A stretch of DNA of 64,000 nucleotides from Octopus vulgaris (taxonomy: Eukaryota): positions 170,500,001 to 170,564,000 of the forward strand of contig OX597814.1 in the NCBI GenBank assembly GCA_951406725.2, given 5' to 3'. Position numbers and translations under genes: made by a program. Shown here in pieces: positions 23,960 through 37,809 of the stretch (its first letter is position 1; each line of letters begins with the position of its first letter). The notes under the pieces were generated by a model that saw only the letters and a list, made by a program, of their open reading frames with translations, was not told the origin of the DNA and did no database searches.

Positions 23960-24215
23960 ACACCAATTGTCGAGTAGTTGCACCCAATTGGCGCAAACAC
24001 ACGGGCAGGCAGCAGAAGACCTGAGCAATGACGATAAAGGAGGACCTCTCCGAACTCTCAGGTCCGCAGGTGGTTGGTCTGTGCAGATGGAACCGCGAAT
24101 GGCTCGCTATCTCCAGTGACCTCGCACAGGACTGTCGAGTGTGGGTCGCCATGGTTCGTGATGTCGTCAGGACCGGAGAAGAAGCTGGCTCAAAACGCTG
24201 TCACAAGTACAAGTA
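23960..24215 (+). mobile_element. RTE-like LINE 3' end
   Basis: IKEDLSELSGPQVVGLCRWNREWL..LAQDCRVW.AMVRDVV; tail CACAAGTACAAGTA. Confidence 0.7.
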
Positions 24216-24591
24216 TCGAGTAGTTGAGGATGACAAAACACTAGAAACATAGACAAAGACAACACATACATAGATACTTAGATATCCTTATATGCGACGG
24301 GTTTCCATTCAGTTTTCATCTACTGAATTCACTCACAAGGCATTTACTCAAGGTGCTGCGCAGTGGGACTGAACCTGGAACCATGTGGTTGCAAAACGAG
24401 CTTCTTAACCATACAGCCATATCTATGCCTAACTAAGGGATCTTGCTTCCAGCACGTAGGTTAACTCTGTTCTATTTCATATTTTTCAAGCAAAATTATC
24501 TTGTTATTTTCAATGCTTGCTGTGCATTTCTAGAGTTTTCAAGCGAAAAATTAATCACAGCTGCAAATTCGAAGGACCATACTGTATCTTA

Positions 24592-24594
<3 letters not shown>

Positions 24595-24671
<77 letters not shown>

Positions 24672-24686
24672 TGTGTGTGCGTGTGT
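24595..24686. repeat. (TG)n microsatellite
   Basis: Directly visible. Confidence 0.95.
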
Positions 24687-26068
24687 CTCAAGTCTTGCCT
24701 ATACTCCTGCGATCATTTCTTTCTAACGCAGTTGAGTTCTATCGAAGTAGAATCTTGAAAAATTGATTTACCTTATCCAAAACTGCCACCACAAGGGCCA
24801 GTCCTTTTTACAGTGCTGTGCCTTGTATCCCTAATGACCCTGAGAACTGTACCAGCAGAACACAAGCTCCCAGTCGGGCTCCCATGCTGGACAAATCAAA
24901 ATATAGGCTCTCTTCCCAGAAGTAAAAATAGATTTCTGTAGAGCCAACACCACTACCTAGCAAAAAACAAAAAAAAAGAAATGTTACAGAAGCGTCGATG
25001 ACAATTCAGAACCAGTAAGACTTAGGAGTAGAAGGACTTGCCTCAGGGAAACGTATACCTCCACCCAAATCCTGAAGGAGTGGCTATGATGTCACAGAAT
25101 CGTGAACAGTGGTGAAAAGTCGTCGATGGTTTCTACTCAACAAATAGGAACGACTGGCTTAAGCAAGTAATATCCAAACACAGAACCCCGTCCACCTTCA
25201 TCGATTTAATCCTTGATTAATGTATTACTCATTTTGAAATATCTAACGCCACTTTATACAGCAATAATTCAGCGAGGACTACGGCTACTTTGTCTCCAAA
25301 GCCTACTGAAAACAGACATCATGAAATACTGGGGTCTAGAAACAATATAATTTAAGTCAAAGAAGTAGGTATTTTCTCCATTCAAATGGAAATTGTAGTT
25401 GTGATACCTGTGCTGGTGGCATGTTAAAAGCACCATCCGTACGTGGCTGATGCCAGCGCCACCCTGTCTGGCTTCCGTGCCGGTGGCACGTAAAAGGCAC
25501 CAACCGATCATGGCCGTTGCCAGCCTCCCCTGGCACCTGTGCTGGTGGCACGTAAAAAGCACCCACTGCACTCACGGAGTGGTTGGCGTTAGGAAGGGCA
25601 TCCAGCTGTAGAAACACTGCCAGATCAGACTGGAGCCTGGTGCAGCCTCCTGGGTTCCCAGACCCCGGTCAAACTGTCCAACCCATGCTACCATGGAAAA
25701 CGGACGTTAAACGATAATGATGAAGATGATTTGTGTTGTAAAGCTTTTTGTCTGATGTTTAATTCTGCAGTATATTTTTCATGCAAACTTATGCTGATGC
25801 ACAATTATTTTTCAAATATTTTTCTTTAAACATTTTTATATTTTCCTATCTGTATACATTTGTATTTTAGTCAATCTATTTAGCTTAAATTAATCAAATT
25901 CAGTTTATACTATTCATATTTATTCAGTTTATTTTATAGGTCTATTCGCAAACCTTGTTTTATTGAGGCATCAGATAGACTATTCTGTGCAGAAGACAGG
26001 TCAGATATCATCGGACTTTTGCTATAAACTATGTTGATTAACTATAAGCAATTAAGGCAACAGTAATA

Positions 26069-26473
26069 GGCGTAGGAGTGGCTGTGTGGTAAGTAGCTTG
26101 CTTACCAACCACATAGTTCCAGGTTCAGTCCCACTGTGTGGCACCTTGGGCAAGTATCTTCTACTATAGCTTTGGGCCGACCAAAGAGTGGATTTGGTGG
26201 ACAGAAACTGAAAGAAGCCCGTCGTATATATGTATATATATATGTATGTATATGTGTGTGTATGTTTGTGTGTCAGTGTTTGTCCCTCCAGCATCGCTTG
26301 ACAACCGATGCTGGTGTGTTTACATCCCTGTAACTTGGCGGTTCGGCAAAAGAGACCGATAGAATAAGTACTAGGCTTACAAAGAATAAATCCTGGGATT
26401 GATTTGCTCGACTAAAGGTGGTGTTCCAGCATGGCCACAGTCACATGACTGAAACGAGTAAAAGAGTAAAGAG
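26069..26473 (+). mobile_element. GGCTGTGTGGTAAG-family SINE, full length
   Basis: Matches 19045-19556. Confidence 0.9.
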
Positions 26474-26662
26474 CACCTCCTTTCGTTTGATCAAAGATAC
26501 TTTAATCAAAACGTATGATTGGCTGTTTATATTTTTTAACCACCCCTATTAATTTTGTTACTAAATTGTATATATTTTTCTCTCACCGCACTCAAAATTT
26601 AAGCACAATTGATTTTCATAATTTAAAGTTATGCTCCTGATGTGAAGTAAGTTATCTTTATA

Positions 26663-27037
26663 CTAGCACTATGACCCGGCGTTGCCGGGTCATAGCGCTA
26701 GTGCATGCATATACAGCTGTGTGTGCGCGCACATACACGTGAGTACTGTCCAAATATCCAACCAATCACATACAGCTAGCTGGCGTTCAATTAGCGTATC
26801 AAGTTTCGGGCATTTTGATTGGATTTTGGATAGAAAATTCACAAAAAAGTCAATTCTATTGATTTTTAATGGCTTTGCCGGGTGACTGGGGAAATGTAAA
26901 GATATGCGCGACCACCCTTGGACGGTTTTGAATGACCATAGAAAGTGCGAGCCCTCTAACTGAAAAATTGTGGATTTGTATAAAGGATACACACACACAC
27001 ACACACACAAACATTTTGCCGTTTATATATAGAGAGA
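26663..27037 (-). mobile_element. Non-autonomous Helitron
   Basis: CTAG end with a long hairpin CTAGCACTATGACCCGGC..GCCGGGTCATAGCGCTAG. The 5' end TCTCTCTATATATAAACGGC matches 5288. Confidence 0.85.
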
Positions 27038-27127
27038 TGTATACATATTATGATGTATTGCACATGTACTTTGACAGTGATTTTCTTCTGAGACTTGTCG
27101 TACTGAACTGTAATTGTCCATTCTTTT

Positions 27128-27206
27128 ACACACACACATACACACACACACACATACACACACACACACATACACACACACACACATGTGTATGTGTTTT
27201 GTGTAC

Positions 27207-27288
<82 letters not shown>

Positions 27289-27290
27289 AT
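27128..27290. repeat. (CA)n followed by (TG)n (self-complementary)
   Basis: Directly visible. Confidence 0.95.
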
Positions 27291-28344
27291 GCGCGCAGTT
27301 TAACTTCCTAGATTCTAAACCAGGATTCGAAACTGGAACAACATTTTTTACCTCTTCTGTTGTTCTTAACTTTTGACTTAGAAATTTATGAGAGTCACCT
27401 GTTACAGTTTGGTTCTATTTTTTTAAGTTTACACTCTTGGGTTAAATACAGTTCAAGAGAAATAAACTCATCTCTTCCCATGGTTCTCTGACCTAAATCT
27501 AGCTTTGCAACATATATAAATACAGTACCCAAATTCGGTTCCACCTCTCTTTCGCAAAGCCGACAGTCGAAGAGCATGCCTCTTTCTTCCTTCGCTTATG
27601 AGTTGTCGAGGAAGGATCATACAACTTTCACCCTCTCTACGTATCTAAATTCTTTTGCTCTTTCTCACTCGTTCTTTCATCCGTCCATCTAGCAGCCAAC
27701 AAACGATAAAGTTAACTACCCACAGAATGGATGACAGAACTCTAAATTATCAATGCATTTCAAGAATTCAAAGAAGTTGTATCTTAGACTATAGCGAAAA
27801 AAAAAAAGGGAGGGCCTTTTCAACTAATAATATTTTCTTCCTCTCATTTATTTGCTACGTATAAACCGTCACAATTTTGGTGACGCTGACGAGCAAAAAT
27901 GTACATATATCACTATTACAATTTTGGTGACCTCCCGATTCAAGAACTGCATGTCTTACAAGTCAATTACTACAACAATCATTACATTCTAGTAACGCCG
28001 ATGTGCAAATATATGTACATAAACCATTACAAATTTGCTAACTCCCGACTTAAGAACTACATGCCTTCTCAACCAGATGCTATATATAATCGTTACATAC
28101 ATACACACACACATACACAAACACATATTCGAAAAGTGGAGTAGATGAAACAGGGACAACTGAAGAAGGGGAATATTCTTTATGTTGTATGTCTCATTGG
28201 TCTGTTTTTTTTTCGTTGTTTGAAAAAAAGTTCGTTTCTGTTTTTTTTTTTAATGTTTTCGTTTCTCATTGTGTTCAACGTTTTTTTTTTTTTTTTTTTT
28301 TTTTTTGATGTCCTGTACCCATATATGCATGTATATATACATAT

Positions 28345-29350
28345 TGTTACGAAACCTGCCGTCGCTCAAACTCGAACCCGGGACCCTACTAAGTCGAGCG
28401 ACGACGATTGACCGGCTCAGTCGAACGGAAATTCGCCACAGAGAGAAAAACGGTGGTAGGGGATGGCAGCGAACTCCAACAGCGACCGGAGATAACAACA
28501 ACAACAACAACAACAGCAGGGAGAGATAGAGAGACGGCGGATGGCAATTTGATTACATTTAAGAACAGTTTATAACAATTATTACAACATCAAATACAAT
28601 GTGATACATAGCAGATACATTAAAGAAAATAACATGCAACAAAATCAAAAAGAAAAACAACAAAGGCATGCACGATACAGAACGTCCAAACAATCAAAAC
28701 AGTTCAAATTGATGTAATATAGTTCGAAACAATGTTCTACATTAAAGTCTTTCTCTTTTTTTTCCCTTCCTCTTTAACACAATTCACAATGTTCTTTATA
28801 ATCTCATTTCTGTTCTTCCTCTTTTCCTTCTCTTTTTTTTTGACACAATTCTTTTTTTTTTCTTTACAACAGATTGCAGCTTACGTCACAATCTCGTTTC
28901 TTTTACATTTCACATTAAAACATAAACAAAACATACCGTTACATTTTCTAGTTACAAACACCTACTATACAACAATCCATATCCTCACGCCGCAATCTCC
29001 CTCACCTCCTCAATCCTCTGTGTATGTCTTTCTCAACGTTGTCGTTGCCTCTCGTCATCCCCACCTTCTTGGCTGACCGTCCGTATCACTGCTGTCTTTT
29101 GCCAATTCACTGTCTCAGGCAGAACTGACCTGTTGCCATCTCACTGTCTCAGGCAGAACTGCCAAACAAACCCAGCTGGTCGCATTTTAAAGGGTGGTTT
29201 CTTAAACTCTGCTTGACCGGAAAAGGGTCAGAGGTCTCTTCCAAACCCATTAATTTCTCCAGAAACCGACAGGACAAAGGCTTTATCCGTCTGCCTGGTG
29301 CCAAACCACAAAACCAGGCCACAAGCACTCTGTTTCTCAACTGACCTCCA
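28345..29350. mobile_element. Possible LTR-derived sequence
   Basis: TGTTACG start after a TA-rich tract, GC-richer ends and a local duplication (TCACTGTCTCAGGCAGAACTG x2). No TSD verified. Confidence 0.3.
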
Positions 29351-29882
29351 TATCAATATATATGTAGGTATGTACATATATCTATGTATATATGCATATA
29401 TTTATATATTATTTATATTATTAGATACATATATGCATACATACATGCATGCATATACATACACATACATACATAAATATATGCACACACATACATGCAC
29501 ACACATACATGCACACACATACATGCACACACACACACCTCTTCCAGAACTTAGTTTCATTGACTTGGGCAAGTGGTCTCAAAAATCGTATATCGCAATT
29601 TATCCTGGTTCAAGGTCCTGAGCTCAGTATTCATCACTTCGTCCCATGTCTTCCTAGATCTCCCTCTTCAACAAACTGCATCCACATAAAGTGATTGGTA
29701 CTTCTTTATACGGCTATTCTCATCCACGTGTATCATTTGTCCATACCAGCACAGTTTTCTTTCTTGTATCTACGTATCGTTCCTTTTATACCCAGTTTTT
29801 CTCTCAATACATCTGTTCTATGTCGTTTATGCACACTAAGGTTGTATATCCAACAGAGCATGGTCACTTCATTTCCTATTAG

Positions 29883-31012
29883 TGTAGCGTGGTAGTTTCA
29901 GCCATTTTGAAATATGACTATAGCGATTTCTAATATCTTCACTATTTGAAAGGCAAGGCAGAAATTATCTCGTTTGAGGTTACAGCCATCTTTGGCCAAC
30001 TTGTTCCTGTTGTAAACACTAACCTGATTGGTTGACACGTAACGCGATTTGTCTCCACTTATTTCGCGCCACTGGCCAAAGCCAACCAATCACGGCCTTT
30101 GGTTAAGGTCCCATTTCTTAAGCTCGTTTGAGCCACCTTACTTGTATATAAAGGAGTGTTTTCAGTATACTTGCGTCTTTGGTTTCTAGTCCTTATGAGG
30201 ACTAAACCTCTGACCACAGAGCTACTCAACATGTTCCAGTCACAGCGACAGACGATCAGCCACGACGACGCTAATGTACACTCACCACAGAAAGCCTTCT
30301 ATCTCCGCCGCCGTCGTCACCATCATTGTACCAACATCGTCTCCATCTACGAAGATTCAACTTGTACACGACAAGATAAATACAGATTCAACTCATGCTG
30401 TTAGTGTGAAAATCTCACCACGGAAAAACAGTTGCAGTATATATATCTGAAAGAATATCTATATCAAGAGAAAAATAACCAAGCAAAACATGATATGAAG
30501 ACGCTATAGTAAACCAAGCGGCAGACATAACGTCATTGCCAACATCGTCCCTATCTACGAAGATTTAACTTGTACACAAGATAACTACAGATTCAACCCA
30601 TACTGTTAGTGTGAAAATCTCACCACGGAAAAACAGTTGCAGTATATATATCTGAAAGAATATCTATATCAAGAGAAAGATAAGCACAACAAGTGATTCA
30701 ACTAATCCTAGCTCCGAGACACAACATCTTGATATTGAACGCTTACACTTCGTGTACCTCATGAACAGTAAATCAATTTCCATCATTAACTCTATGCTCT
30801 GTACCTACTATGTCACACGCTTTCACCCTTATTGTATCTGTCACACACACGAACACACAGACACAAACACGTGTTGCATGCACACACACACACACGCACT
30901 TGCTAGCACTCACAACATTCTAACATTAACACCATTGTAAATAAAATAATATCTATCTCTCAGACAGTGGAACGGCTTGTAGTCAATTCATCTATATTCT
31001 GTTGGCACTGCA
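29883..31012 (+). mobile_element. Probable solo LTR with an internal ~150-bp direct repeat
   Basis: TGTAGCG...CACTGCA ends, CCAAT motifs, TATATAAAGG at ~30145, AATAAA near the 3' end. 30325-30475 is repeated at 30535-30680. TSD not evident. Confidence 0.5.
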
Positions 31013-31444
31013 TTGTATTTATGGCTTATAATAATTCGTTAAGAATATGACCACGTGCGATCGTATTCCCTACACAATGCGACCACGTGCGTTCATAGTC
31101 TTCACAAGTCCTCTTGATACAAGTCCCGTGTCTGCAATGCCACATGGTTGCTAAAATATGTGATTATTGTCATTCACTAAAGAATAAATGATTATACTTA
31201 ATTACCAAAATATATGTGGTTTTTCCTCATTGAGCATTGCTAATATCAAGGAACTAATATAATTCAGATATTCTGATTGTCTCCATCCAACTCTTGCTAT
31301 GTATGTCTTAATATTTACTCATTGGCTTCCGTACAAATAATTTGGATAGGTAATAAGGAGGGAGCTTTATAATCGAATTCTGCTGCTTGAGATCCATTTT
31401 TATATCGAAAATTGTACAGAACATAGATGGAAGACGAGAGACAG

Positions 31445-31718
<274 letters not shown>

Positions 31719-32137
31719 TTGGGAGAGAGTGAGAGCGAGAGAAACGTACAGATAGAGAGAGAGAGAGAAAGAGAGAACATTACTAAATGTGGATTTGTTT
31801 GACACACGGCAATATTGTTATTTATTTGTCGCTAGGCATCTACATAGTTGCTTGGACCAGAAGTAATAAAAACGAACGATTCAAAGGCGCTAATAACATA
31901 AGGTGTTGGCAGCTAAGCTTATAACCCAAGTCGTTGCACCAAACTTAACAGAAACTCGCTTTAGTGAGTCGCTGGGAATGTGATGTCCTCTGTAATAAGG
32001 TTGTCGACTGTAACCTATCACGTTTTCAAATATTTGATTGGAAATAAAATAAAATGATTCTGTGAGGGAATTACGTATGTGTACACAACACACATGTATG
32101 TATGTATGCGTGTATATATATATATGTGTGTGTGTGT

Positions 32138-32205
<68 letters not shown>

Positions 32206-32250
32206 ATATATATATGTGTATGTATGTATGTATATATATATATATGTGTG

Positions 32251-32292
<42 letters not shown>

Positions 32293-32610
32293 GATATATG
32301 TATATATGTATGCAAAAACATACACATACAAATACAGGCGCACACATATACATATGTATGTAAATATGTGTATACATAAATACACTTAAACATACACACA
32401 TATATGGAACTTCCACTTGGTTAATCGTCTTGCTAAAAATTGCAGCCAAATCTTCCTCAGATTACACTCTATCGTATCAAAAATAGACACATTGGATAGT
32501 GTATAGTTTTGGTTTCTCCGCACATAGCAAAATTTTCTGATGGTCACCAATGGAATGCCTTGGATCATATGTAAATTAGCTTGATCAGGACTGACTCGGG
32601 ATTAAATAAT

Positions 32611-33013
32611 CCTTTCTACTATAGGCACAAGGCCTGAAATTTTTTTGTTGGGGAGACTAGTCAATTACATCAACTCCAGTGTTTCATTGGTACTTAATTT
32701 ATCAATCCCGAAAGGATGAAAGACAAAGTCGACCTCGGTGGAATTTGAACTCAGAATGTAGGGGCAGGCAAAATACCTATTTCTTTACTACCCACAGGGG
32801 GCTAAACACAGAGGGGACAAACAAGGACAGAAAAACGGATTAAGTCGACTATATCGACCCCAGTGCGTAACTGGTACTTATTTAATCGACCCCGAAAGGA
32901 TGAAAGGCAAAGTCGACCTCGGCGGAATTTGAACTCAGAACGTAGGGACGGGCGAAATACCGCTAAGCATTTTGTTTAGCGTGGTAACAATTCTGCAATC
33001 TCACTGCCTTCTT
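32611..33013 (-). mobile_element. Dimeric tRNA-derived SINE (Tx1-tailed unit + second body)
   Basis: Two bodies. TSD-like GGGA(T/C)TAAATAAT at 32598 and 33014. Confidence 0.85.
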
Positions 33014-33091
33014 GGGACTAAATAATACCAAAAACAACAGTAAGTATGATGTTCGTAAAGTGAAGTCTACCAAAGATTCTTTCCCTTACAT

Positions 33092-33556
33092 CAATGCTTC
33101 TCAACCATTTTTTTTTCTATAGACTCTCCCCACCTCCTTTGATTCTTGTTTGCCCAGATCAGTGCTTTTCAAACTTTTGCTGGAGCGGAACCCCAAGGAA
33201 ACATTCCACTGGCTCGAGGAACCCCTGTGCAATAATTTAATAGTCTTATGCACACATATCTGCACAGGAGAATTAAAAATTACTGCCGATTTTAGCAGTT
33301 TTGTAACTTCTTGCGGAACCCCTGGACTGTACTGGTAGAACCCTAAGGTTCCGAGGAACCCTGGTTGAAAACCACTGGCCCAGATGGATCCTCGTAACCA
33401 TTTGATGTTTAAAAAAACTCCTATTATATTTTTATAATTAAATATTATAAGGAATTGTGTTTTGTTGAAGTATAACCAATTTATTGTACATAAATTTTAA
33501 CAACTAAATCTCATATGGACCCCCAAACGGCCATATTGTCCCCCAAGGAAACACTG
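33092..33556. mobile_element. Older hAT MITE hosting a younger hAT MITE
   Basis: CAATGCTTC...AAACACTG ends with degenerate 8-bp flanks. Related copy at ~43190-43531. Confidence 0.6.
33160..33377. mobile_element. hAT (Charlie-like) MITE
   Basis: CAGTGCTTTTCAA / TTGAAAACCACTG TIRs with perfect 8-bp TSD GCCCAGAT. Confidence 0.92.
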
Positions 33557-33843
33557 CTCTACGTCATACAGCAATGGTCCCTTGTCCTTAAGAACTTCAG
33601 TGAAAGCAGTGTTATTCTCCGCATCGCATAAACGGTGCTGTTGATTATGTTTTGTAAAGTTTTGAGCTTCAACTCTTTTGTTTCTCTCTCACTTGGGCAA
33701 GTGTCTTCTACTATAGCCTTGGGCCGACCAAAGTCTTGTGAGTGGATTTGGTAGACGGAAACTGAAAGAAGCCTGTCATCTGTGTGTGTGTGTGTGTGTA
33801 TGTGTGTGTCCCTTCATCAGCACTTGACAACTGCTGTTAGTGT

Positions 33844-34487
33844 TGTAGCAGAAGTGATTTACACTGTCATTATGTATGAGATGTTTTCGTTGAGTTGTCT
33901 AGGCTTAAATACCCGGGTATCGGCTCCACAAGCCTGTCATTCCAGCAGGTCACACGACCTTGTGATTAGCTGAATTTGTTGTTTGTATAGGTTGGTTTCC
34001 CGCCATCCAATCGTGTTGGCGCAACAGTTCGTTTTTCCTTATGCGGGAAATTAATCACCAGCTCTAGGGTGTCTTCTGAACTCTACAAGAGCAACAGTTC
34101 TCAACTGTTCTACGTCTTTGGCACATGCCAGTGACCACACGCAACTTGTCCCTGACAACAATGTATCTGACACCAGCCAGTCTCCGCTTTCATCTTCTCC
34201 ACCAGACACCTGCCTATGTCGTTGCTGTATGAACATCACATGGCCAACAGACAATTTGCTGCCTCTACACACCACCACCAAACAGTAGGTCAACTATGTC
34301 CACAAGATCAAAAGTTCAGCCTAACCACAAAGTCTCTCACACATTTTGTTGTAACCTGTTACATTTATTTTATTTCATGTATGGCAATCATTGTATTTTA
34401 TAACGGAGAATAAATTGTTGCTTACCAGTTCGTTTCATCTGAAATTGTATATCATTCACAATTTCCTTATTATGCATCTTTATTATA
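33844..34487 (+). mobile_element. Solo LTR (Gypsy-like, 4-bp TSD) inserted in a SINE
   Basis: Interrupts the SINE consensus. GTGT TSD at 33840 and 34488, TGTAG start, AATAAA at 34409. Confidence 0.75.
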
Positions 34488-34645
34488 GTGTGTTTACGTC
34501 TCCATAACTTAGCGGTTCTGCAAAAGAACCGATAGAATAAGTACTAGGCTTAAGGAATAAATCCTGGGGGTCGATTTGCTCGACTAAAAATCCTTCAGGT
34601 CCTTGTGAGTGGATTTAGTAGACGGAAACTGAAAGAAGCTCATCG

Positions 34646-34684
<39 letters not shown>

Positions 34685-34959
34685 AAGTATATGTTTGTGT
34701 GTCTGTGTTTGTCCCCCCAACATCGCTTGACAACCGATGCTGGTGTGTTTACATCCCCGTCTCTTAGCGGTTCACCAAGAAAGACCGATAGAATAAGTAC
34801 TAGGCTTACAAAGAATAAGTCCTGAGGTTGATTTGCTCGACTAAAGGCGGTGTTCCAGCATGGCCGCAGTCATATGACTGAAACAAGTAAAAGAATAAAA
34901 GCATGGAGAAAGCGGGATTTAATAAAATATTGGAATTTCGAAGAGCTCGCAACCAACTA

Positions 34960-35175
34960 AACACAGCTTGTACATCTGGAAAATGCGTGAAAAGCTTTTT
35001 GATGTTCCCATCCACTTATCGTTGGGAAAAAAGGTTTCCAGCAACGTTTATAAGTGAAAACATGTTTCATGCAAAACTGTCAACTGAGATTAATATGTGG
35101 GTGTACCCCTTTGAAACTGTGCCAAGAATGGAGTTGCTTGTTAGAAAGAGACAAGTTAATTCATCTCTCAAAGAT
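34960..35175 (+). mobile_element. hAT Charlie/Buster transposase C-terminal relic
   Basis: FLMFPSTYRWEKRF...PRMELLVRKRQVNSS resembles the LLPFPSTYLCExGFS...PRI..LV..KQ dimerisation domain. Confidence 0.6.
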
Positions 35176-36466
35176 GTTGCATCAAATTAAAAGAAATTAA
35201 TTTCTTATATAGGTGCAGGTGTGGGTGTGGGGTTAAGAAGCTTGCTTTCCAATCATGTAGTTTTGGGTTCAATCTCATTGCTCAGAATCTTGGGCAAGTA
35301 TCTTCCACTATAGCCCAGGGCCGACCAAAACCTTGTGAGGGGGATTTGGTTGATGGAAAGTGAAACCTGCTGTATATCTATGTGCGTGGTGTATGTTACA
35401 TGTGTGTTTGTGCTGTGTTTGACCCTCAGCACTGCTTGACAATCGATGCTGGTTTGTTTACGTCTTAGTAACTTAGCCGGAACTTAAAAGGAGACCGACA
35501 GAATAAGTATTGGAGTCAATTTTTTCAATGAAAACCATGGCTGGAACAAGAAAAAGATAAAAGATAATGCCAGGAATTTTCACAGAGGGAATAATCAATT
35601 ATATCAACTCCCATACTTAACTGGTAATGGGCCATTCGGAAAGTTCTAGATGTTTTTGAAGGTCAGAAATAAAACAAAAAATTATTTGCATTACAATAAT
35701 TTTTATTCATCAAAATACCCTCCAGTTTTGTTAATGATTTTAGTCCATTTATTGAGCAGCTTCAAAATTCCATCTGCCGGTGGCACGTAAAAAGCACCCA
35801 CTACACTCACGGAGTGGTTGGCGTTAGGAAGGGCATCCAGCTGTAGAAACACTGCCAGATCAGACTGGAGCCTGGTGCAGCCTCCTAGCTTCCCAGACCC
35901 CGATCGAACCGTCCAATCCATGGAAAACAGACGTTAAATTATGATGATGATAGAAATGAACTGTCTTGGGGAAAAAAGGAAGTTATTAAAATGGTTTTTG
36001 ATTGCATTGAAATCATTTTCCGTTTTAAAAATTTTGTGAGGACCTAAACAGACAGAAGCCAGATGGTGTAATATCGGAAGAGTATAATGAATGCAGAAAG
36101 AGATCCCACTCAATTTTTATGCAACTTTCTGTGGGTAACCAAAGACACAAGGGGTCTGGCATTGTGTTGTTGGAACACAGCCTCTTACCTATTGGCGAGT
36201 TCTAGCCTCATCTCTTCTTTTATCTTTTACTTCTTTCAGGCATTAGATTGCGGCCATGCTGAGACACTTCCTTGTGGTAATTCTTTAATCAAATGTATCG
36301 ACCCCAGTGCTTACTTTTCCAAAGCCTGGTGCTCATTCTATCGGTCTTCTTTACCGAAGCGCTAAGTCACGGGGATGCAAACACACCAGCACTGGCTGAC
36401 CGCGTGTGTAACGTTGGCGATTTTTTTCCCTCTGTCTTCCCTTCTCTGGATCTTTCCTTCTCCTAT

Positions 36467-36501
36467 GTTTCCGACGAAGAGCTCCGCTCGAAACGTTAAA
36501 C
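36467..36501 (+). ncRNA. Minimal hammerhead motif with core mutation (CCGACGA)
   Basis: GTTT-CCGACGA-A-GAGC-TCC-GCTC-GAAAC-GTT-AAAC. Confidence 0.6.
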
Positions 36502-36610
36502 CCTCCTTCTTTCCTGAGCATCCAATAATACTATATTTGTTCCACGTCCTCGCGTTGTTGTGTTTTTTTTTTGTGCTTTCTTGTTTGGATTAACTATATA
36601 TATATATATA

Positions 36611-36841
36611 TGTAAATGTAATATGTGACAATTATTTAGTAGCCATGATAAAACTCCGAGTTTTGGATGTCATGATGGAAATCTACATCGCCATCTCTTC
36701 AGTTATCCGGCCATTGGAAAAAATGCTCTTTTTTCCGATGGCCAGATAACTGAAGAGATTGTAGTGTGGATTTCCACCCCGACATCGGAAACTCGGAGTT
36801 TTATCATGGCTACCGAATAATTGTCACATATTACATTTACA
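36611..36841. repeat. ~110-bp-arm inverted repeat with a hammerhead in each arm
   Basis: TGTAAATGTAATATGTGACAATTATT... pairs with ...AATAATTGTCACATATTACATTTACA; loop near 36724. Confidence 0.9.
36745..36805 (+). ncRNA. Type I hammerhead ribozyme
   Basis: GATAA-CTGAAGA-G..stem II..GAAAC-TCGGA-GTT-TTATC. Stem II is partly decayed. Confidence 0.7.
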
Positions 36842-37334
36842 GATAATTTCCTCTATTTACATAATATCGATGTCTCTTTCATTCTTTTGTTGTCTTACCA
36901 TTTCTATCAACATATATATATATATATATAGGGAGAGTTTATGAAAAAAACAAAAGACGAAGACAGGTGGTGTACTAAACAAACAGATGTATTAGTATAA
37001 CACTCAGGAATAGAAAAAGTATTTTACATTTTGAGCCTATGCTCTTCTACAGAAAGGGACACAGAAAAAACAAGGAGAGAAAAAATATGTGTAGTGGCTG
37101 ATGGATTTCTTTCAGTTTCTGTATACGAAATCCACTCACAAGGCTTTGGTTGGTCTGAAGCTATAGTAGAAGGCTCTTATCCAAGGTGCCACACACTGAG
37201 ACTGAACACTGAGTCATGTGGCTGGGAAGCAAGCTTCTTACCATGCAGCCAGGCCTGCGCCTGGTGATTTTTTCTTTTTCATTCACTTTCTCCAACTGAT
37301 GGCAGTACACATCAGAACTGATGGTTTGATGTGT

Positions 37335-37660
37335 CAAATTAGCTCATAATAAATAACGTCTTTGAAATCCCACCAGACAACAAAACATAATTTTGTACAA
37401 TGCTTTTTGCAACTTTCAAAATCTTTGCAAGCTTCTTGGTCATGATTTTTGGTTTGACTTCAATGTTTACCTTCAACAGGTCGTCGCCTGAACTGAAATG
37501 CCTGCATTGGCATTTTGCAAACCATCTCTGAACTGTTGGTTTTCTTATAGCACCTTTACCATACATCTCACAAGTGGTTTTACGTGTTTCTGTGGTGTTT
37601 TCAATCTTATTTAAAGAAAGAAAGCATTATGTATCGAATATGCAACTTTTGGTTATTCAG
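37335..37660 (-). mobile_element. Mariner transposase N-terminal (HTH) relic
   Basis: YGKGAIRKPTVQRWFAK...TKKLAKILKVAKSIV. Confidence 0.7.
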
Positions 37661-37809
37661 TTTTTACTTTGATAAGAGATGTCAAAAATAAGAGATATAC
37701 TGGCTTTTTGCGTGAGATATAATCGGTAGGGGCTTAAACAACAATATCAACAACGATGACAACAACAGCTCGTACTGACTTCTGTTTCATTTTCTCTTAT
37801 TTGCAGTAT

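Noticed and set aside
25302-25340. CTA-CTGAAAA..GAAAT..GGTC-TAG hammerhead-like motif
   Set aside because: The core is mutated and stem II is missing, so it is too weak to call.
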